This document shows positions 58,738 through 64,000 of a stretch of DNA of 64,000 nucleotides, piece by piece. Both the position numbers and the translations under genes were made by a program. Below the pieces are notes generated by a model. That model was given only the letters and a program-made list of their open reading frames with translations, was not told where the DNA came from and searched no databases. How positions within the stretch are numbered: position 1 is the stretch's first letter; each line of letters starts with the position of its first letter. The stretch lies in the NCBI GenBank assembly GCA_963702895.1, contig OY969767.1, forward strand, positions 1,376,001-1,440,000, in the 5' to 3' direction. The stretch comes from an uncultured Elusimicrobia bacterium. GTDB taxonomy: Bacteria; Elusimicrobiota; Elusimicrobia; 2-01-FULL-59-12.

Positions 58738-60103
58738 AGATCAAATCTATCCCTTCAGGAGGGTAAATGCAATCGATAAATTCGCCTTCGCGCGCGCCCT
58801 CGGGCGCGCGGGCCCGGACATAGCGCTCCGTATAGCCCGTCCCATCGGATTCTACAAGAAGCCGAACGCTTCGACCCACAAACATCTCGGCATAGCGGCG
58901 ACGCAGCGTTCGGTCCAAGGCCACCATCGTCCGCGTTCTCTGCGCTTTGACTCGCGGATCCACATGACCCGACAGACGCTGGGCGGGCGTCCCGGGCCTC
59001 ACCGAATAGCGGAACGCATGGATGCGGCTCAACCCCTCTTCCTCGAGGAGCTGCAGGGTGCGCTGAAATTCTGTTTCCCCCTCCCCCGCAAAACCGACGA
59101 TGATGTCCGCTGAGAGCGCCACCTCCGGTATGCGGGACTTGATCCAGCGCACCCGGTCCCGGTAATCCTGAGAACTGTACCAACGTCCCATGCGCTTGAG
59201 CACGGCATCATCGCCGGATTGAAGCGGGATATGAAAGAAGGGGCAAAGTTTGGGGTGCCGCGCCGCGAGCATCACGAGCTCGTCCGGAATCTCGGTGACC
59301 TCAAGGGAGGACAGACGTATCCTGAAATCTCCAGGCAACTCAAGCAAAGCTTTAAGAAGTCTCTCAAATGTCCATTGTTGTTGGAGAAATTTTACGTCAT
59401 TCCGGCGAAAGCCGGAATCCATCATGATGGACCCCGGGTCTCCACAAGTCCGGCGACCCGGCCCGCCGGGTGTTTGGAGGGCCGGCGTCCGCCGGGGTGA
59501 CGAGATGGAATCATCAGTTCCACCATATTGATAGCGACCCAATCGAACTCCTGTCAGGACAATCTCACGAAAGCCTTTGTCAATCAAATTGCTGGCCTCT
59601 GCGCGGATTCGCTCTGGCGATCGACAAATGAGATTCGGCCTCACGGAGGGGATGATGCAGTACGTACACTTCGCATCACAACCGTCCTGGATCTTGATAT
59701 AGGCGCGCGTTCGATCAGCAAGGGCCGTCACGCCGCTCCTGGCGGCCTCCTGGACACAGGCCGTGGGCACGCCCAGGGCTATGGCGATCATGGGCTTCTC
59801 ATGGTTCCCATAGACTTCCACCCGGGGGGAGATCTGGCGCAGCTCTTCTGCCGCGCGCTCCGCGTAGCATCCGGTCACCACCACACGAGAGCCCTTTAGT
59901 TCACGCAAGAGTTTGCGGATGAGCTGCCGGCAGGAGCGATCGGCGCCCGAGGTGACGGTGCAGGAGTTCACGATCGCAATGTCGGCGGGCTGGCTCCCGG
60001 GGACGACACGGTATCCACCCAGGCGAAACTGCTCCCGGAGTTCTTCGGTTTCATACTGGTTGACCTTACACCCGAAGGTATGAAAAGCGATGGAGGGTGT
60101 CAT
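58730..60103 (-). CDS. mtaB: tRNA methylthiotransferase MtaB-like, with an in-frame repeat insertion
   Basis: TFGCKVNQYE, NSCTVT, VTGCYA, KIQDGCDAKCTYC, HIPLQSG. Confidence 0.9.
   Translation of the reverse strand: MTPSIAFHTFGCKVNQYETEELREQFRLGGYRVVPGSQPADIAIVNSCTVTSGADRSCRQLIRKLLRELKGSRVVVTGCYAERAAEELRQISPRVEVYGNHEKPMIAIALGVPTACVQEAARSGVTALADRTRAYIKIQDGCDAKCTYCIIPSVRPNLICRSPERIRAEASNLIDKGFREIVLTGVRLGRYQYGGTDDSISSPRRTPALQTPGGPGRRTCGDPGSIMMDSGFRRNDVKFLQQQWTFERLLKALLELPGDFRIRLSSLEVTEIPDELVMLAARHPKLCPFFHIPLQSGDDAVLKRMGRWYSSQDYRDRVRWIKSRIPEVALSADIIVGFAGEGETEFQRTLQLLEEEGLSRIHAFRYSVRPGTPAQRLSGHVDPRVKAQRTRTMVALDRTLRRRYAEMFVGRSVRLLVESDGTGYTERYVRARAPEGAREGEFIDCIYPPEGIDLIYD
59396..59501. repeat. REP-like palindromic element inside mtaB
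   Basis: GTCATTCCGGCGAAAGCCGGAATCCA...GCCGGGGTGAC. Confidence 0.85.
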
Positions 60104-61038
60104 TCGCTTTCGTGATGGCTGGCTTGGTCTTTGATGGCAAGAGAAAACAAAATCGATATGGCCAAGACCAGTCCGACCACCCCCAACGATACACCAATCG
60201 GGATCTTATAGAGGTCTGCCAGAAGCATTTTGACGCCGATGAAGACGAGCACAATGGCGAGGCCAAAGCGCAGGAAACGAAAATAGCCGATGAGACCATG
60301 GATCAAGAAGTAGAGGGCGCGCAGACCCAGGATCGCCAGAATATTGGAGGAGAAGATGATAAAGGGGTCATTCGAAATCGCCAGGACTGCCGGTATGGAA
60401 TCAATCGCAAAAATCAGATCGGAAACTTCGACCACCACCAGCGCAGCGAACAAGGGCGTGGCATGCCACTTGCCTTCGAGCCGGGTGAGGAAGTGGTGCT
60501 CATCCAGTTGGGTCGTGACCGGCATGAAACGCCGCAAGAGCTTCAGGACCCCGTTGTGCTCCGGGTGGATGGCATCCGGGTTGTCCCGGAACATCTTGAG
60601 CGCCGTGATGATGAGCAGGCCGCCGAAGACATAGAGCATCCAGTGGAAGTAGTGCAAGAGGGTCACGCCCGCAAAGATGATCACGAAGCGCATCCCGATG
60701 GCTCCCAAGACGCCCCATTTGAGCACGCGGTGCTGGTAGCAGTCGGGGACGGAGAAGAATTTAAAGATCATCACGAAGACGAACATGTTGTCGACGCTGA
60801 GCGACTTCTCAATGAGGTAGGCGGCAAGAAACTCAAGAGCGCGCTCGTGCCCCATGGCCGCATCAATGATGCCGGCAAAAGACAGAGACAGGACAAGCCA
60901 GAGGAGACTCCACAAGGCCGCTTCTTTGAAGGAAACCACATGGGCGCCCCGGTGACTCTTGAGACCCATATCGACGATCAACGCCACGATGACCACCACC
61001 ACGAAGAGCGCCCAGAGCCAAACATGGACATCCATCAA
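60100..61038 (-). CDS. TerC/Alx family membrane protein
   Basis: EKSLSVDN, DLIFAIDSIPA, SNILAILGLRALYF. Confidence 0.93.
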   Translation of the reverse strand: MMDVHVWLWALFVVVVIVALIVDMGLKSHRGAHVVSFKEAALWSLLWLVLSLSFAGIIDAAMGHERALEFLAAYLIEKSLSVDNMFVFVMIFKFFSVPDCYQHRVLKWGVLGAIGMRFVIIFAGVTLLHYFHWMLYVFGGLLIITALKMFRDNPDAIHPEHNGVLKLLRRFMPVTTQLDEHHFLTRLEGKWHATPLFAALVVVEVSDLIFAIDSIPAVLAISNDPFIIFSSNILAILGLRALYFLIHGLIGYFRFLRFGLAIVLVFIGVKMLLADLYKIPIGVSLGVVGLVLAISILFSLAIKDQASHHESE

Positions 61039-61039
61039 A

Positions 61040-61759
61040 TTATTCCCCTCTTTCGGCCAAGAGTTGTGCCAGTGCGACGAGCCCGGCGGTTTCGGAACGG
61101 AGCAAGAGAGGCCCCAGGGTCACAGGCCGTACGCCATGGCGCTGGGCCAGCTCAACTTCAGCGGCCTCCCAGCCCCCTTCGGGCCCAATGAAGAGCGAAA
61201 TCCGATCACAAGGACGGTAGGCTTGACGAAGCGTCACGGTCGTTTCTTTTTCCCAGGGGATGAACGAGAGGCCCTCACGAGGCACCGTTTGAAGCGCCTC
61301 CTGCAAGGAAACAGGACGTCCAATCTCCATCACACTCGAACGTCCGCATTGCTTCGCCGCGGAAAGGGCAATGCGCTTCCAGCGCTCAAGTGCGCCTGCT
61401 CTTCCCGGTTTGATGAGGGTCCGCGCGGTGAGAAGCGGGACCAGTCGCGACGCTCCTACTTCACAGGATTTCTCGACCAGCCAGTCCCACCGGGGACCCT
61501 TCACCAACGCCTGATAAAGGACACAGGACGTCTTCGGAAGCGCGGCCGCGCGGCTTTCGGACAGAATCGCGCCTTCGATACGATCGGCGCTGATACTCTC
61601 AATGCGTCCGCGGTAGGAAAGATCTGCCCCGTCGAAGAAATCGATCACGTCCCCCACCTTGTGTCGAAGAACCTGTGCCGCGTGCCGGGCTTCCGAACCC
61701 AGCATCACAAAGCGTCGGTTTTTGATTTGTTCCGGCGGGACAAAAAAGCGAGAGCTCAT
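61040..61759 (-). CDS. rsmE: 16S rRNA m3U1498 methyltransferase
   Basis: H...VLR, EKSCEVG, AAKQCGR, IGPEGG, LG..LLRSETA. Confidence 0.93.
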   Translation of the reverse strand: MSSRFFVPPEQIKNRRFVMLGSEARHAAQVLRHKVGDVIDFFDGADLSYRGRIESISADRIEGAILSESRAAALPKTSCVLYQALVKGPRWDWLVEKSCEVGASRLVPLLTARTLIKPGRAGALERWKRIALSAAKQCGRSSVMEIGRPVSLQEALQTVPREGLSFIPWEKETTVTLRQAYRPCDRISLFIGPEGGWEAAEVELAQRHGVRPVTLGPLLLRSETAGLVALAQLLAERGE

Positions 61760-61830
61760 AGGCGCGGGTTTCCCGCCCCCCACATTTCTGGCAGACCGTC
61801 CCTTCCGATCATAAATACGGTAGGGGACGC

Positions 61831-62026
61831 TAACCCGAAATCTTCAGCATAGGGGTTCCGTCCGTCTGATCCAGTTGCACTTATTAATCCCCTCTCCCGC
61901 CGCCAGGTGGGAGAGGGTGAAGGGTGAGGGCACAGCCTCATCTTCCGACGCAGACCTGCCCTCACCCCCGCCCTCTCCCGCGTTCCGCGGGCGAGGGGGT
62001 TACATAGAACCGAAGATTTCCGGCTA
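61831..62026. repeat. MITE-like element carrying a CCCTCTCCC/GGGAGAGGG-type palindromic doublet
   Basis: TIRs TAACCCGAAATCTTC and GAAGATTTCCGGCTA (13/15 match); internal CCCCTCTCCC...GGGAGAGGGTGAAGGGTGAGGG...CCCTCACCCCCGCCCTCTCCC. Confidence 0.7.
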
Positions 62027-62052
62027 ACGGCCGCGGTGAATGACAATATGTA

Positions 62053-63189
62053 TTAGCCTCTTCCAAATATTTTGCGGAGGACACTTTCGTCGTACTGCTC
62101 CGGTTTTTCGCCGAGCGTCTTGGCGAACTCCCGCAAGAGTTCTCGCTGCTTGGAGCTTAGATCTTTCGGTACATCGACGATCACCTTGACGTATTGATCT
62201 CCCTGGCCTCGCCCTTCAAGACGCGGCATCCCGCGGTCCCGTAGTCGAAAAAGGGCGCCGTTCTGTGTCGCAGGCGGGATCTTCATCGTCACAGGCTCGT
62301 CCATGGTTTCCACATGGATCTCACAGCCCATCGCCGCTTGCGGGAAAGAGAGACGCTCTTCAACGTAGAGATCATCTCCATTGCGGACATAGCGCTTGTC
62401 GGTCGTCAGATGGATCACGACATAGAGGTCGCCGGAAGAACCGCCGCGAAAACCGGCATGGCCAGCCCCGGAAATACGAAGGGACGTCCCTTCCCTGACG
62501 CCCTGGGGAATTCTGACCGTCAGGGTCGCGTCCTTCTGCGCAGCGCCCATGCCGCGACAACTTGGGCAGGGAGAGGGATTCACCATCCCCTCACCGCGGC
62601 AGGTGGGACAGCTCTGCTGCATCATGAAAAAGCCGCGTTGGCTCCGGACCTGCCCTGTTCCATGACAAGACTTGCAGGTGACGGCCGAGGTGCCGGGTTT
62701 GGCGCCGCTGCCGCCGCAGTGCTCGCACTTTTCAAGGCGGGATAAACGGACAGGTTTCTTGGCGCCTTCGTAAGCCTCGCGAAGGGTGATATCGACTTCA
62801 AGCGCGACGTCCTCGCCGCGCGAGGTGCGGGAGCTTCGGCGTGAGCGGCCGCCAAAGGCATCGGCACCGCCGAAGATATTGCCGAGAATATCGCCCAGGT
62901 CGACGTCGCCGAAATCCGTGGAGAAGCCGCCAAAACCTCCGGGACCTCCCGCGCCGGCACCCGAGACGCCGGCGTGACCAAAGCGGTCATAGGCCGCCCG
63001 TTTATTCGCGTCCGAGAGGGCCTCGTAGGCCTCATTGATGGACTTGAACTGGGCTTCGGCGGTCTTATCCCCCGGGTTTTTGTCCGGGTGATATTTAATC
63101 GCCTGACGCCGATAGGCAGCCTTGATCTCGTCCTGGGAGGCGGATTTCGTGACGCCTAAGAGATCGTAATAGTCTCTTTTTTCCGCCAA
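62053..63189 (-). CDS. dnaJ: Chaperone DnaJ
   Basis: J domain HPD, G/F region, four CxxCxGxG repeats. Confidence 0.97.
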   Translation of the reverse strand: MAEKRDYYDLLGVTKSASQDEIKAAYRRQAIKYHPDKNPGDKTAEAQFKSINEAYEALSDANKRAAYDRFGHAGVSGAGAGGPGGFGGFSTDFGDVDLGDILGNIFGGADAFGGRSRRSSRTSRGEDVALEVDITLREAYEGAKKPVRLSRLEKCEHCGGSGAKPGTSAVTCKSCHGTGQVRSQRGFFMMQQSCPTCRGEGMVNPSPCPSCRGMGAAQKDATLTVRIPQGVREGTSLRISGAGHAGFRGGSSGDLYVVIHLTTDKRYVRNGDDLYVEERLSFPQAAMGCEIHVETMDEPVTMKIPPATQNGALFRLRDRGMPRLEGRGQGDQYVKVIVDVPKDLSSKQRELLREFAKTLGEKPEQYDESVLRKIFGRG

Positions 63190-64000
63190 TTACTTCTTCC
63201 CTTCATCGACGACTTCTGCGTCCACCGCCTCGGGGCCGCCATTGGTCGGGCCCTGGGTGGCGCCACCGGAGGGAGCTTCCTGGCCGGCCTTGGCTTTGGC
63301 GGCCGCTTCCTTATAAACGACTTCGGCCAGCTTGTGAGACGCCTTCATGAGTGTCTCTTTGGCCTTCTTCAAGCTCTCCACGTTGCCGCTTTTGAGGGCC
63401 TCTTTGGCTTCCGACAAGGCCCTGTCGAGTTCCAGGCGCTCGTCCCCTGAGACTTTGTCGCCATGGTCTTTGACGGATTTTTCTGTGGCATAGACCAGAC
63501 CATCCAGCTCGTTCTTGGCCTCGATCTGATCACGGGTCTTTTTATCTTCCTCCGCGAACTGCTCCGCCTGCTTGACAAACTTATCCACCTCGTCCTTGGA
63601 AAGCTTGCTGGGGGAGGAGATGCGGATGGACTGCTCCTTGTTGGTGCCAAGGTCTTTGGCGGTGACGTGGAGGATGCCGTTGGCGTCGAGGTCAAAGGAA
63701 ACCTCAATCTGCGGCATGCCGCGGGGCGCGGGCGGAATCCCGTCCAGGATGAACTTGCCCAGAGAGACATTGTCTTTGGCCATCTGGCGCTCCCCCTGGA
63801 GCACGTGGATCTCCACAGACGACTGATTGTCCGCCGCCGTCGAGAAGACCTGAGATTTCTTGACGGGGATGGTCGTATTCCGATCGATGAGCGGCGTGCG
63901 CACGCTGCCCAGGGTCTCAATGCCCAGGGTGAGCGGTGTCACATCCAGGAGCAGCACGTCCTTCACTTCACCCGTTAAGACCGCCGCCTGGACCGCCGCG
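63190..64000 (-). CDS. dnaK: Chaperone DnaK (C-terminal part; 5' end outside window)
   Basis: [33 protein letters not shown]. Confidence 0.97.
   Translation of the reverse strand, partial: AAVQAAVLTGEVKDVLLLDVTPLTLGIETLGSVRTPLIDRNTTIPVKKSQVFSTAADNQSSVEIHVLQGERQMAKDNVSLGKFILDGIPPAPRGMPQIEVSFDLDANGILHVTAKDLGTNKEQSIRISSPSKLSKDEVDKFVKQAEQFAEEDKKTRDQIEAKNELDGLVYATEKSVKDHGDKVSGDERLELDRALSEAKEALKSGNVESLKKAKETLMKASHKLAEVVYKEAAAKAKAGQEAPSGGATQGPTNGGPEAVDAEVVDEGKK

Noticed and set aside
61038..61100. yybP-ykoY manganese riboswitch upstream of the terC/alx gene
   Set aside because: The gene starts immediately after the rsmE stop, leaving no leader.

Overview
GC-rich bacterial chromosome segment. Gene style, giant ORFs and repeat families tentatively suggest Elusimicrobiota or a related lineage (inference only). 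The minus strand carries housekeeping blocks: dnaK(partial)-dnaJ-rsmE-terC-mtaB-yqjE-like-HIT-rpsU-yqeY-dnaG-rpoD; a zinc-ribbon gene, rnpB and the dcw cluster (mraZ to murG); and a response regulator, uvrB, a GAF histidine kinase and a FIST protein. The centre (about 17.7-52.3 kb) is accessory: two tRNAs, two DUF433/DUF5615 toxin-antitoxin-like pairs, an aminotransferase-LuxE-LuxC operon, an intact IS256 and three tandem giant ORFs (about 2310, 2470 and 3506 aa). The best candidate for an undescribed system is this giant-ORF array. All three proteins share an N-terminal leader (A-x-x-L-x-x-x-x-x-x-DP ... F-x-x-QAL), carry unrelated enzyme-like cargo domains separated by recurring hydrophobic linker cassettes (some near-identical in DNA, many containing QA), and end in a hydrophobic cassette, a basic tail and -AA. 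The second highlight is an RNase P RNA gene enlarged to about 833 nt by five palindromic inserts in its peripheral helices. Single-base homopolymer frameshifts in mraY, rpoD and giant ORF2 are probably sequencing errors. All domain calls are by-eye motif recognition, not database searches.
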